64,000 nt of DNA, from positions 128,001-192,000 of the forward strand of contig CAVXJS010000010.1 of assembly GCA_963762145.1 (NCBI GenBank), in the 5' to 3' direction. The stretch is from an uncultured Candidatus Rokubacteria bacterium. GTDB lineage: Bacteria > Methylomirabilota > Methylomirabilia > Rokubacteriales > CSP1-6. Numbering within the stretch: the stretch's first letter is position 1; each line of letters opens with the position of its first letter. The notes under the pieces are model-generated. The model was not told the origin of the DNA. It did not search any database and saw nothing but the letters and a program-made list of their open reading frames with translations. Positions 1 through 10,373 of this stretch are shown one piece after another. The position numbers and the translations under genes were made by a program.

Positions 1-1447
1 AGTGCTGGAGCGCGTACTCTTCGGGAGTGGCGAAATAGGAGAGATACTCGTTGGCGAGCCCGACCAGCAACACGCGCGCGGGTGGCCAGTCCGCGGAGGC
101 GGCCACCCCGTGTGCCACTCGCCGGCCCATTGCGGTGGTGAACTCGCCGGGGAGGGTGACGAGGAGCAGGCCTCCCACCTGGTGCACCCCGAGGGGCGCC
201 TCCGCGGGAAGGGCGGTGCTCGGCATGAGCAGGCGACCGAAGGGGCCGAGCGCGGCACGCTTGGCGCCATGGCCCGGGATGCCGTTTCCGGTTGCGCCTT
301 CCTGCCAGCCGAGCCACGACAAGAACCAGTGATCGCTCTCCGAGCCGCCCAGAGCGCCCGTCCCGAACAGGGGGAAGTCAGCCGTACAGACAGCGTCGCC
401 CTCGAGGCACTGCCCGGCGAGGGGCTGTTGCGCCACGCGGTGCCGGATGACGCCGTCCACCCGGTCGCGCGCCGGGTTCGCCACGATGGCGTGCCCGAGA
501 CGTTCTCCGAGGTGCCGCGCCGCGCTCACATCTCGATGCCGTGAGGTCACGGATACATCGCCTTCCGCACCGTTGAAGAGGGCGACGACTGCGCCGGGAG
601 ACTCGAGGTGTAGCCGGCGTTCGGCGTAGTTCGCGGCGACGCCAAAGAGATCGGCCGAGTACACGGGCGTTGCCGACCCGAGGACCGTCGGGTGCATGGC
701 CGCGAAGGCCGCGACGCCAAGAACCCGCTCCGGCGCGGCTGCGTCGCGTATCCACAGCCCGGCGAGACGGCGATCCAACCCGTCCTCGCCGATTTCCTCC
801 CGGTCGCTATTCATGAGAAAGGCGGGCAAGCTGCGGTTGCGCGTCAGGGCGGGAAGCGGCGACGCCACGTAGGACACGGTGGCGGGACGCCGGGCGCGCA
901 CCGCCTCGGTGATGGACTGGCCGATCCGCTGCGCCAGAAACTCGAACAGCCGGGCATCGAACCCCACCGACGGGGAGGCGAATGTGTTGTAGAAGGCCGA
1001 CGTCGAGAAATTGCCCGGGCTGTGGTGCGTGTGGGTGGCCGCAAGGATGAGCTGGTCCCGGTCGATGTGTCGTGTCTCCTCCCTCGTCAGCAGGATCTCG
1101 GCCACGCGATCAACGAGCCCGGCCGGAACTGACCAAAGGTCGCAGGAGACGAGGACGAGGGTGTTGCCGGACGCGTCCTCGAGCACGAAGGCGCGGGCGA
1201 AGAGGCGCGTCCAGTAGCCAATCGAGGTCTTGCCAACCTTGGAATGCCCACCCATGGGGACGCCGGGCGCCGGCGTGATGTCGACACGGGCCGCGCCAGC
1301 CTGGAAGTGACCGCTCGCGGACGCGGGGTGTGGGGGCGGGAGATGCCCGGCCACGTTCACGCACCCGGCGATGGCAAGGCCGACAGACCCGACCAGCCCG
1401 AATACCGTCTTGAGTCCCGCTCGGTGCTGCCGCTGAGCGAACCACAT
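1..1447 (-). CDS. Neutral/alkaline ceramidase-family lipoprotein (3' end outside window)
   Basis: Manual translation (absent from ORF track because it has no stop in the window): MWFAQRQ...GLAIAGC lipobox-like, AGAARVDITP, RLFARAFVLED, VSCDL, AATHTHHSPG, AMHPTVLG, NGAEGDVS, all typical ceramidase N-domain motifs. Confidence 0.85.
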   Translation of the reverse strand, partial: MWFAQRQHRAGLKTVFGLVGSVGLAIAGCVNVAGHLPPPHPASASGHFQAGAARVDITPAPGVPMGGHSKVGKTSIGYWTRLFARAFVLEDASGNTLVLVSCDLWSVPAGLVDRVAEILLTREETRHIDRDQLILAATHTHHSPGNFSTSAFYNTFASPSVGFDARLFEFLAQRIGQSITEAVRARRPATVSYVASPLPALTRNRSLPAFLMNSDREEIGEDGLDRRLAGLWIRDAAAPERVLGVAAFAAMHPTVLGSATPVYSADLFGVAANYAERRLHLESPGAVVALFNGAEGDVSVTSRHRDVSAARHLGERLGHAIVANPARDRVDGVIRHRVAQQPLAGQCLEGDAVCTADFPLFGTGALGGSESDHWFLSWLGWQEGATGNGIPGHGAKRAALGPFGRLLMPSTALPAEAPLGVHQVGGLLLVTLPGEFTTAMGRRVAHGVAASADWPPARVLLVGLANEYLSYFATPEEYALQH

Positions 1448-1471
1448 GACGTGCCCGGAGCCCATTCTACC

Positions 1472-1552
1472 CGGGAGCGGCGGCGGGTGGTGGCGGATAG
1501 CACCGTGTTCCATGAGCGCGGGCGGGAGTCGCGGGTGGTGGTGCCGATGATC
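1472..1552 (+). repeat. Orphan gene-tail fragment, copy A (resembles CocE/NonD hydrolase C-terminus)
   Basis: 70/81 nt identical by manual alignment to 10391-10471; reads RERRRVVADSTVFHERGRESRVVVPMIP. Confidence 0.7.
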
Positions 1553-1593
1553 CCGATCGAGCGCTCCCGAGGAGGGTCGACGGGCTGGCGTGT

Positions 1594-2943
1594 CTATCGG
1601 CGCGATGGGGATGGTAGAACCAGGATCGCCGGCATCTGGAAGAGCCCGATGTCTGCGAACATCCCATCTCCGGAGGTGCCCTCCAGATTGAGCGAGCGAA
1701 AGCCATTCGCCTCGGCCACCACCTTCTGCCGCTGGTTTCGTGGCACCCCCACCAGGAAGAACCCATCCGTGTCCGGCCCGTCCGAGGTCCGGGTCGCGTA
1801 GTAGAAGAACTCCCCCTCTTTCAAGAACTTCGTCGCGTCCGTGGACCACTGGCTTTCCGGAATGCGCTGCGCGACGATCCGCTGCGCCTCGTCGGAAAGT
1901 CGCCGGATCTGGTCTAGCGTCCTGTCCGCCCGATAGAACAAGACGCTGGCGCCCGGCACGGGTCGCTGGGTCGAGGCCGATATCACTCGGCCCCCGAGAA
2001 AAATGCGCGTGCGCGTCACGTCCGTGTTCCTGGGATGCTCCAGCCACTTCCGGTCGATCTCCGGGATCTGCTGGTGAAATCGTAGCGCGGTCATCGCCAG
2101 GGGCCCCACGGCCCACGTGATCGGATGGAAATAGGCGAACCGCGCCCCCCGATCGTCCGTCTGCGAGACGCGGGTCGGGATCCCGATCAGCCGGCCCCCA
2201 TGGAGTGCGGAGCCCCCGCTGTTGCCTCCGGCCACCGTCGCCACCGCCTTCAGCGAACCGTCCTTGGCGTCGGGCGCCCCCATCGTGTACCCGGAGAACT
2301 GGGCCGTCGTGGGCGTCAGCGTCTCCCCCCCGCCGCCCGGATAGCCCAGGATCTGCAGCATCGCGAGGGGCTCGATCCCGTACGGATTGCCCAGCCGGAC
2401 GAACGAGAAGCGCTGAGGCGGGAGCGGCTTCCCATCCCCCTGAGCACGAATCTTCAATATCGCCACGTCGAGACCCGGATGCGCGGCAACGAGGCCGGCG
2501 CGGTATCGGACCACGGGCGGCCCGAGTGGGTCCTCGGGCCGTATCTCGTAGACCAGCATGTCCGGGCCGATGGGCGTGATCTTCACCAATCGCCGAGCAT
2601 TCTTCGGATCTCGCTGATAGGTCGTATCCGAGAGCGCATTGTAGACGTGAAAATTCGTCAGGATCAGCCCATCGTCCGTCACGACCGTCCCGGATCCGAT
2701 CGATCGTCGGCCCTGTCGCGTGGTCTGGAGGACCCCGGGGTCTGCGACTTCGGTTCCGCGCATGACCGGATCCCGGTACTCCTGGACCAGGTAGTCGGAT
2801 CCCAGCTTGACGAACGGCCGCAGATCACCGGGCAGGGTCTGCGCCGTGGCCTGCTCGCCAATGCCGAGGATGAAGAGGCTGCACAGGCCCGCCACCACGC
2901 GCGAGGCGACGCTCACGGCGTTCTCCTTCATTTGCTCGTCCAC
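1594..2943 (-). CDS. Secreted trypsin-like (S1) serine protease with C-terminal carboxypeptidase-regulatory-like domain
   Basis: Signal-like N-terminus; triad motifs GSG..LILTNFHV, DVAILKI, GGNSGG; C-terminal GRVISASTQRPVPGASV. Confidence 0.85.
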   Translation of the reverse strand: MDEQMKENAVSVASRVVAGLCSLFILGIGEQATAQTLPGDLRPFVKLGSDYLVQEYRDPVMRGTEVADPGVLQTTRQGRRSIGSGTVVTDDGLILTNFHVYNALSDTTYQRDPKNARRLVKITPIGPDMLVYEIRPEDPLGPPVVRYRAGLVAAHPGLDVAILKIRAQGDGKPLPPQRFSFVRLGNPYGIEPLAMLQILGYPGGGGETLTPTTAQFSGYTMGAPDAKDGSLKAVATVAGGNSGGSALHGGRLIGIPTRVSQTDDRGARFAYFHPITWAVGPLAMTALRFHQQIPEIDRKWLEHPRNTDVTRTRIFLGGRVISASTQRPVPGASVLFYRADRTLDQIRRLSDEAQRIVAQRIPESQWSTDATKFLKEGEFFYYATRTSDGPDTDGFFLVGVPRNQRQKVVAEANGFRSLNLEGTSGDGMFADIGLFQMPAILVLPSPSRR

Positions 2944-4316
2944 CGGACGGAATCGAGAATGCGCCCGTAGAGCATCTCGTCTTGCGGGAAGGTCGAGGGC
3001 CTGCCGTCGAACGTGAAGACGAAGGTATGGCTCTCAGAGGGGATCACATCGGTGTAGGCCCACAGCATCTCGGGCAGCTGGCCCGGCTGCGCGGCGTCCT
3101 TCTTCAGGTAGGCGTACTTTGCGCGCAAGCCACTCCGGCCGCCGATCGTGATGCGCTCGATCGCGAGCGACAGCGGCGGTGAATGCTCGAGGTAGGCGAG
3201 GGGATCCACCGTCGACAGCTCGACCCGTTCAGGTCGGGCACCCACGGTCAGGCCGAACAGCCCGTCCGTCCCGACTCCACGAAACAGCGTCAGAATGCTC
3301 GGTCGCCCGGTGTCCGCGCTGGGGACCAGCGTCGGCTTCAGCCGCCAAGCGGGATAGCCAAAGCTGATCCCGTAGCTCGGGCTGGTGAACGCGACGTCAC
3401 GGGTCGCGGCATATCCGAGGAGCCCACCGGCGAGCAGGAGGACCCCGGCAACGGCCCAGACGAGGAGATCGGGTCCCGAGAATCGCCTGGCCGGACGTCG
3501 CACCGGCTCCCCGGAGACGCGGCGGATGAGCGCTGTCACGATGCCCAGCACGATCGCCGACAGTGCCACCGAGAGCCCGAAGGAAACCCAGAACGCCTGC
3601 GTCCACCCGGCCAGCAAGACGATCTCGTTGGCCGCGTGATAGAGACCGGTCAGGACGACCCCGATCACGATGGCGAGGACGTGGGACGCTCGTCCGTGTC
3701 TCGTGGAAAACTTCGTCCGGCCAACCAGATGGCCCACGAGGGCGCCCCCGCTGGCATACATCAGGATGTTGGTGGCCGCGGTATAGCCGATGGCGAAGAG
3801 CGTGAAGTCCAGATGCCCCGCCAGGTAGGTGAGACTGGTGATCGTGGCAAAGCCGGCGCCGGCGAACGCCCCGTAGATCATGCCATCGGCGGGCTCGTCG
3901 AAGTCACGTGAAGGGTAAAAGCCGAGGTGGATGATGAGGTAGACCAGGAAGCTTGCGAGCGTGCCGCGCACCAGCGCCGAGCCAAGGATGAGCAGACCCG
4001 GCGATTCGTAGAGCCAGGCGGAGGTCTGGAAGAGGTCACGTTCGATGGGCAGGGCGAACACGCTCGCGGCGGCCATCCCCGCGAGGAATGCGAGGATCAC
4101 GGCGTGCGATGGCTCCGGCTTCCGTCGGTCCTGGAGGTAGAAGAAGACCGTCCAGAGAGCGCTCGGCAGGCCGACCAGGAGGAGCAAGGCGTACGGTGCC
4201 CACGGACCGGCCATCCCGAGCGCGGAGGCGCTCCCGAACGCATAGAGCGCCGCCAGCAGGACAATCTGGCCGAGAATGTTGAGCCAGCCGGTGGTGAGGA
4301 ACGTACGCCTGCGCAT
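2928..4316 (-). CDS. PrsW-family membrane protein, catalytic motifs degenerate, with soluble C-terminal domain
   Basis: FYLQDRRKPEP and FDEPADGMIYGAFAGAGFA are PrsW signatures; about 10 hydrophobic segments; EExxK and FAxxEN are missing. Confidence 0.75.
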   Translation of the reverse strand: MRRRTFLTTGWLNILGQIVLLAALYAFGSASALGMAGPWAPYALLLLVGLPSALWTVFFYLQDRRKPEPSHAVILAFLAGMAAASVFALPIERDLFQTSAWLYESPGLLILGSALVRGTLASFLVYLIIHLGFYPSRDFDEPADGMIYGAFAGAGFATITSLTYLAGHLDFTLFAIGYTAATNILMYASGGALVGHLVGRTKFSTRHGRASHVLAIVIGVVLTGLYHAANEIVLLAGWTQAFWVSFGLSVALSAIVLGIVTALIRRVSGEPVRRPARRFSGPDLLVWAVAGVLLLAGGLLGYAATRDVAFTSPSYGISFGYPAWRLKPTLVPSADTGRPSILTLFRGVGTDGLFGLTVGARPERVELSTVDPLAYLEHSPPLSLAIERITIGGRSGLRAKYAYLKKDAAQPGQLPEMLWAYTDVIPSESHTFVFTFDGRPSTFPQDEMLYGRILDSVRWTSK

Positions 4317-4325
4317 CGATCTCCC

Positions 4326-6063
4326 TCAGCGCGCGGGCTGCGCCGCCGCGCGAAGCTGGGCCGTCTCCTCCGGGACGACCTTCCACGTGCGCTCGTCGAT
4401 CGCCACCCCGTACTCCCGTCGCGCGTACGCGGGGCTGATCTTCTCCTCCATCACGTCGCGCAGCACGCGCTCGGGATCGCGCGCGAACGGGTCGCCCCAG
4501 CCGCCGGCGCCGGCCAGCTCGTGGCGGTAGACGTCGCCGTGACCGCACGGTCAGCGTGCACTTGGCCGGCAGCTCGCGCTCCTCCGGGCCGGGGTTCAGG
4601 ACATTGCGCGACGGCGTGCCCGGGCGCCCGCCCGCCAGGCCGTAGGGCACGTGGTTGCGCCGGTCGGTGCGGAGCTGGAGCACACCTTCCGCCTCGAGGA
4701 AGCGATACTGCCGCTCGAGGGCGAGGCCGCCTCGGAACTTGCCGGGGCCGCCGGTGTCGGGCAGGTAGCCGTAGCGCTCGATCATGAGCGGGTACTCGGC
4801 CTCGATGATCTCCACGGGATTGTTCGAGAAGTTCACGACCGAGCTGCTGCACGCATCCACGCCGTCCTTGGTCGGGCGGCCGCCCCAGGAGCCGAAGAGG
4901 AACTCGAGGAAGACGAAGGGCCGCCGCTCGGCGTCGTAGCCGCCGAAGCTCACGCCGGTGTCGCCGCCCACCTCGCACGCGAAGACGCGATCCGGCGCGA
5001 TCTGGGCGAGGGCGCCGAATACCGCGTTGGCCATGCGGAAGCCGGTGAGGCCGCGGGCGGCGACCGCGGCGGGCATGACCGGGTTGACCACGGTGCCGGG
5101 CGGCGCGATCACCTCGATGGGGCGGAAGTAGCCCTCGTTGTTGGGCGGCGTGCCGCCGACCAGGTGGCGCACGCACGCGTACACCGCGGACTTGGTGAAG
5201 GGCAGCGGCGAGTTGATGGCGCCCTTCACCTGCGGCGCGGAGCCGGTGAAGTCGGCGATCAGGCGGTCGCCCTTGACCGTGATGGCCACCGTGATCGGGA
5301 TCGGGTCGGGATCGATGCCGTCGTCGTCCATCCAGTCGGTGAACGTGTAGGTGCCGTCGGGCATGGCGGTGATGGCGTTGCGCGCCAGGCGCTCGGCCTG
5401 GTCGAGCAGCGCGGTCGTGCACGCGGCGAAGCGCTCGGGGCCGTACTGCTCGGCCAGCTTCAGGTAGCCGCGCTCGCCGGTGAGGCAGGCGGCCACCTGC
5501 GAGCGCACGTCGCCCAGCACCTGGCGCGGCACGCGCACGTTGCGGTCGATCAGCTCGAACAGCGCGTCCACCGGCTTGCCCGCCGCGTAGAGCCGCAGGG
5601 GCGGGATCCGCAGCCCCTCCTGGAAGATCTCGGTCGCGTCGCAGCCGTTGCCGCCCGCGGTCTTGCCGCCCACGTCCAGCTGGTGCCCGATGCTCGCGGA
5701 CCAGCCGACGAGGCGCCGGTCCACGAAGATGGGCTTGAAGATGTAGAAGTCGGGCAGATGCGTGCCGCCCTCGAACGGATCGTTCAGGATGAACACGTCG
5801 CCCGGCTCGAGGCTCGGGCCGAACTTGCGACGCACCTGCGCCATGGCGTCGGGGATGGAGCCGAGATGGAGCGGCAGCGTGAGGCCCTGGGCGATCAGGC
5901 GGCCGTCGACGTCGCAGAGGGCGCACGACATGTCCATCGCGTTCTTGAGGTTGTTCGAGTAGGCGGTGCGCACGAGGGCGATGGCCATCTCGTCCACGAT
6001 CGCGTCGAGGCCGTTCTTCACCAGCTCGAGGAGAATCGGATCGCTGAGATCGCGGGCGGTCAT
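4326..6063 (-). CDS. Hydantoinase B/oxoprolinase family protein (one frameshift near 4545, probably a sequencing indel)
   Basis: DPILLELVKNGL, NDPFEGGTHLPD, EIFQEGLRIPP, GGPGKFRGG; C-terminus GAGGWGDPFARDP is in the adjacent frame, ending at TGA 4326-4328. Confidence 0.9.
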
Positions 6064-8138
6064 GCGGGGCCTCCGGTGGTGATGACGATGTTGCCGTGGG
6101 CGTCCAGGCGGGCCGCGCAGCCCGGCGGGACCAGGGTGGTGGCGTCGTACTCGTCGAGGAGCAGCGGCCCGGGCCGCGCCGTGGCGTCGAGCGCCGCGCG
6201 CGAGATGACGGGCGTCGCGATCGCCCCGTGGGCGGGGCCGAAGTAGGCGCGGCGGTCGCCGCCCCGCCCGGCGCGGTCCTCCTGGAGCCGGATCGCCGCG
6301 CGGTCCGCGGGCCGCAGCACCCGCGCGGTCAGCCGCAGGTTCACGATCTGGATGGGATCGCCCTCCGCCTGGTGGCCGTACGTGCGCTCGTGCTCGCGGC
6401 CGAAGTCGGCGGCCAGCGTCCGGAACGCCTCGTCGCTGAACGCCGGCGGCAGCGGCACCGTCAGCTCGAAGGATTGCCCCTGGTACTTGAGGTCCACCGA
6501 CCGCTCGATCTCCACGCGAGCCCGGCTGCCTTCGGCGCGCAGCAGGGCCTCGGCCTCGCGCTCCATCTCCGCCACCACGGCGCCGATCTCCGAGGGCTTC
6601 GTGCCGAAGAGCGGCCGGAGGACCGTCCGGACCAGGTGATGCTCCACCTCGGCCTCGAGCAGGCCGAGCGCGCTGAAGACGCCGGGCGCGGGTGGGACCA
6701 GGATCGTGCCGATCTCGAGCGAGCGCGCCATCTCGGCGGCGAAGAGCGGGCCGTTGCCGCCGAAGGCCACCAGCGTGAAGTCGCGCGGGTCGCGGCCGCG
6801 CTCGATGGTGACCGCGCGGACCGCGCGCGCCATGCCCGCGCACCCGAGCAGGTAGACGCCGTGGGCGGCGTCGGCCACGTCGATGCCGAGGGGCGCGGCG
6901 ATCTGCTCGGCGACCGCGCGGCGGGCCTTCTGGGCGTCCAGCCGCAGGCCGCTCGGCAGGCGCTCGGGATGCAGGTAGCCGAGCGTGACGTTGGCGTCGG
7001 TCAGCGTGACCTCGGTGCCGCCCTGGTCGTAGCAGACGGGCCCGGGCACCGCGCCCGCGCTCCGCGGGCCCACGTGCAGCGCCCGCGCGCCGTCCACGTG
7101 CACGATGCTGCCGCCGCCCGCGCCGACCTCGGCGATGTCGATGGCGGGCACGCGCAGAAGGAAGCCGCCGCCCTTGTTGAGCCGGCTGCCCTGCGACATG
7201 CTGCCGCCGATCTCGAACTCGCCGGTGCGCTTGATCTCGTACCCCTCGATGATGGAGGCCTTCGCGGTCGTCCCGCCCATGTCGATGGAGAGCGCGTTGG
7301 GCGCGCCGATCGCCCGGGCCAGCGCGGCGGTGGCGATGACCCCGGCGGCGGGCCCCGACTCGATCACGTGCACCGGGCGCTGACGCCCGCCCTCGGCGGT
7401 CATGACGCCGCCGTTGGACTGCATGATGAGGAGCGGCGCCCGGGCCTCCAGCGTGCGCAGCTCGCCCTCGAGCGAGGCGAGGTAGCGGCCCATCACCGGC
7501 ATCACGTAGGCGTTGGTGACCGCGGTGCTCGTGCGCTCGAACTCGCGCATCTCGGGCAGGATCTCGGAGGAGAGGGTCAGCGCCACGTGGGGCGCGCGCT
7601 CGCGGATCATCGCGCCCACCTGGGCCTCGTGGGCCGGGTTGGCGTAGGCGTGCAGGAAGCAGACCGCGATCGACTCCACGCCCTCGGCGAGCAGCCGATC
7701 GATGGCGGCGGCCGCGCCGTCCCGGTCCAGGGGCGTCACCACCTCGCCGCGGTGGTTCATGCGCTCGCGGATCTCGCGCCGCCACCGGCGGGGCACCAGC
7801 GGCGCCGGGCGCTCGAAGTCGAGGTCGTAGAGCCGCGAGAGCCGCAGCCGGCCGATCTCGAGCAGGTCGCGGAAGCCCTCGGTGGTCAGGAGGCCCGCGC
7901 GCGCGCCGCGGCGCTCCAGGATCGCGTTGGTGGCCACGGTGGTGCCGTGGATGATCTCGCCGATGTCGCGCGCCGCGATGCCGGCCTGCCCGGTCAGCTC
8001 GCGGATGCCCGCGATGATGGCCTCGGCATAGTTGGCGGTGGTCGACAGCACCTTGCAGGTGCGCGCGACGCCGTCGGGCGACACCAGGACCAGGTCGGTG
8101 AAGGTGCCCCCCACGTCCACTCCCAGCCGGTAGCTCAT
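6060..8138 (-). CDS. Hydantoinase A/oxoprolinase family protein
   Basis: True start MSYRLGVDVGGTFTD; HGTTVATNAILE, SGPAAG, DMGGTT, GAGGGS, AFGGNGP; ATGA overlap with hyuB. Confidence 0.93.
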   Translation of the reverse strand: MSYRLGVDVGGTFTDLVLVSPDGVARTCKVLSTTANYAEAIIAGIRELTGQAGIAARDIGEIIHGTTVATNAILERRGARAGLLTTEGFRDLLEIGRLRLSRLYDLDFERPAPLVPRRWRREIRERMNHRGEVVTPLDRDGAAAAIDRLLAEGVESIAVCFLHAYANPAHEAQVGAMIRERAPHVALTLSSEILPEMREFERTSTAVTNAYVMPVMGRYLASLEGELRTLEARAPLLIMQSNGGVMTAEGGRQRPVHVIESGPAAGVIATAALARAIGAPNALSIDMGGTTAKASIIEGYEIKRTGEFEIGGSMSQGSRLNKGGGFLLRVPAIDIAEVGAGGGSIVHVDGARALHVGPRSAGAVPGPVCYDQGGTEVTLTDANVTLGYLHPERLPSGLRLDAQKARRAVAEQIAAPLGIDVADAAHGVYLLGCAGMARAVRAVTIERGRDPRDFTLVAFGGNGPLFAAEMARSLEIGTILVPPAPGVFSALGLLEAEVEHHLVRTVLRPLFGTKPSEIGAVVAEMEREAEALLRAEGSRARVEIERSVDLKYQGQSFELTVPLPPAFSDEAFRTLAADFGREHERTYGHQAEGDPIQIVNLRLTARVLRPADRAAIRLQEDRAGRGGDRRAYFGPAHGAIATPVISRAALDATARPGPLLLDEYDATTLVPPGCAARLDAHGNIVITTGGPA

Positions 8139-8330
8139 GCCGATCTCCCGAAGCCCGCCAGCCCGCGCGGAAAGAAGATGACGAAGACCCTGATCACGAA
8201 GCCCACCGACCAGGTTGTACACGACGCCGACGAAGCGCAAGCCCTCAGTAGAGGCCGTAGAGGAGCAGCGCGCCGAGGACTGGGCCCCACAGTGTGCCGA
8301 GACCGCCGAAGACTACCATGCCGATGACCA
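8135..8330 (-). repeat. Displaced duplicate of the livM 3' end (about 196 bp)
   Basis: Aligns to 13076-13272 with 6 substitutions and 2 small indels; its stop overlaps the hyuA ATG. Confidence 0.95.
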
Positions 8331-8600
8331 TTGAGCGTTGCATCCATCTGATCCGCGGTCAGCGGATCATGCTGGATGCCGATCTTGCTCCCTTCTACGG
8401 CGTGTCGACGCGTGTTCTCACCCAGGCTGTGAGACGAAACCGGGAGCGGTTCCCCGGCGACTTCTTGTTCCAATTGGTAGCCGATGAGGTCACCATCTTG
8501 AGATCACAAACTGTGATCTCAAGTTTGGGTCATGGTGGTCGTCGATATCGTCCGTAGGCCTTTACCGAGCAGGGCATCGCGATGGTTCCCAGCGTACTTT
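8330..8600 (+). pseudogene. ORF6N-domain DNA-binding protein remnant
   Basis: IERCIHLIRGQRIMLDADLA..QAVRRNRERFPGDFLFQL..GGRRYRP*AFTEQGIAM; internal TAG, 5' and 3' truncated. Confidence 0.85.
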
Positions 8601-9676
8601 CGGGGAGTCTGAGCCTCGTAGGACGACGTACCACTCCCCCAGATGCTCCGGCCTGCCTTTCGCGGTGTCATTTGGAAGCTCCTGTTGCGTTCCTCGAAAT
8701 AGCGAGAGATTGCGGCTTTTGCATCCTCGACGCTTGCATAGTCGCTGTTATGGATGATGGCACGCGCCATTCCACTGAATACTGACTCGATGACGTTGAG
8801 GAACTGAGCCCCGCCCGGGAGTGGCAGGACCCGGATTTCTGGAAAGTCTCCGCGAGGACCTGGCGCGTTCAGCCCTTCGATTCGATCGTGGAGCGCCTTC
8901 GACCGATGCCAGGGAGCAGCATCCCAGGACAAATAGATCCGTCGAAACCCCCGATACTGGTGTCTGATCATCTCCACCAGCTTAGTAGTCTCAATGGTGT
9001 TCTTCTTTTGCGAGTAGAAGTGGCTCATCCGGTTCTTCGAGAGCTCCAAAGCCGCGGTGACGATCAGGCTGCCCTTGGACTTTTGCCACTGTGGCACCAC
9101 TCGAACTTGATGTGGGCCGGATAGGGATCTGCCGGCTCGCATCTTGACGGCGAATGGACCGAACTCGTCGATCGAGAAGAATGCCTCATCGTGTTCGAGA
9201 CGGGACAGGGTCGAGCGTATGATCTCCACCTTGCCCCGGTAGTCGGGATCGGTGCTGGTCAAGGTGACGCGGGCCTGCTTCCACCTGTACCCTGCGGCGT
9301 GGATCACGGCGCGAATGTTCCTGGCGGTTGATCGCTTGCCCTGTGCGCAAAGGACATTCGCGAGATCCGTAAGGGTCCAGCTGGTTCGATTTAATCCGTG
9401 GTCGCTGGGCGGAGTGTGGAGAACTGCAAAGACGGCGTCACGTAATTCCTCGCCAGGTTGAAGATAGCGGCGGGGGATGTGGTTGGGACGGCAGCTCCGC
9501 CCTTCCAGCCCGGGAGCTCCTTCAGAACGAAAGCGTTTCAGCCATTTGCGAACCGTGCGCTCGGTTACCCTGAACTCGCGGGCGACGGCTGTGGGCTTCT
9601 GCCCGCTGTCAAGGACGCGACTGACGATAAGAGAGCGGCAGTGAGGACACGTGCGAGCGTTGCGGTGGAGTCTCAT
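8519..9676 (-). mobile_element. IS630-family transposase, 3' end probably truncated near 8630
   Basis: DDE motifs SIDEFGPF, LSWDAAPWH, FLNVIESVFS; N-terminal HTH; no terminal inverted repeats recognised; last about 35 codons run into the ORF6N remnant. Confidence 0.8.
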
Positions 9677-9793
9677 GCACTATCCTTTCTACTCGGAGCT
9701 CATGCGTTCCATCGGCTGACTCATGCCCCGGCCGATCTGGCGGCGGGGGGCCCAGTTTGACCTTCGCGGTGTCCCCAAGGTAGGCTTCTCGCC

Positions 9794-10021
9794 ATGGGAT
9801 ATCAGGACCGAATCACCATCGAGCCGGACAAGCGTGGTGGCAAGCCTTGTATCCGCGGGTTGCGCATCACTGTCTACGACGTACTGGAGTACCTCGCTTC
9901 CGGCATGTCGGAGGATCAGATCCTGCGAGATTTTCCCGACCTTGCCCGCGAGGACATCCTGGCTTGCCTGGCCTTCGCCGCTGACCGAGAGCGAAGGTTG
10001 GTATCCGTGCCGCCTCAGTGA
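9794..10021 (+). CDS. DUF433 family antitoxin
   Basis: RITIEPDKRGGKPCIRGLRITVYDVLEYLASGMSEDQILRDFPDL. Confidence 0.92.
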   Translation: MGYQDRITIEPDKRGGKPCIRGLRITVYDVLEYLASGMSEDQILRDFPDLAREDILACLAFAADRERRLVSVPPQ

Positions 10022-10350
10022 GGCTGTTGCTCGACCAGAACCTCTCCCCCGGGCTCATCGACCTCCTCGCTGACCTGTACCCCGGCTCGCAGCACGTCCG
10101 AAGCGTTGGCCTCGGCGCCGCTAATGACGAACAAGTGTGGTCATACGCCGCCCGGGAAGGCCTGGCGATCGTGTCGAAGGATACCGATTTTCACCAGCGA
10201 AGCTTCCTCTTCGGGGGCCCGCCGAAGGTGATCTGGATCCGGCTAGGGAACTGCTCAACCGACGACATCGCACGCCTGTTGCGACAGCATCACGCCGCCC
10301 TCCTCGCGTTCGATCAGCACCCGGAAGGGACGTTCATGGCGCTGGGCTGA
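10018..10350 (+). CDS. DUF5615 PIN-like toxin
   Basis: MRLLLDQNLSP..HVRSVGL..D..VW..IVSKDTDF..PPKVIWIRLGN; GTGA overlap with DUF433 gene. Confidence 0.92.
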   Translation: MRLLLDQNLSPGLIDLLADLYPGSQHVRSVGLGAANDEQVWSYAAREGLAIVSKDTDFHQRSFLFGGPPKVIWIRLGNCSTDDIARLLRQHHAALLAFDQHPEGTFMALG

Positions 10351-10373
10351 CCTCTCGCCGAAGATTGCCTGCG

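Noticed and set aside
4036-8327. Very long alternative-frame and antisense ORFs (1249 aa, 743 aa; likewise 48934-51513, 49010-51244, 53656-55728)
   Set aside because: Arg/Gly/Pro-rich shadow ORFs typical of high-GC DNA overlapping well-supported genes; only their in-frame real portions were kept
8600-9790. Intact IS630 element with TA target duplication
   Set aside because: No terminal inverted repeats recognised and the transposase 3' end appears truncated
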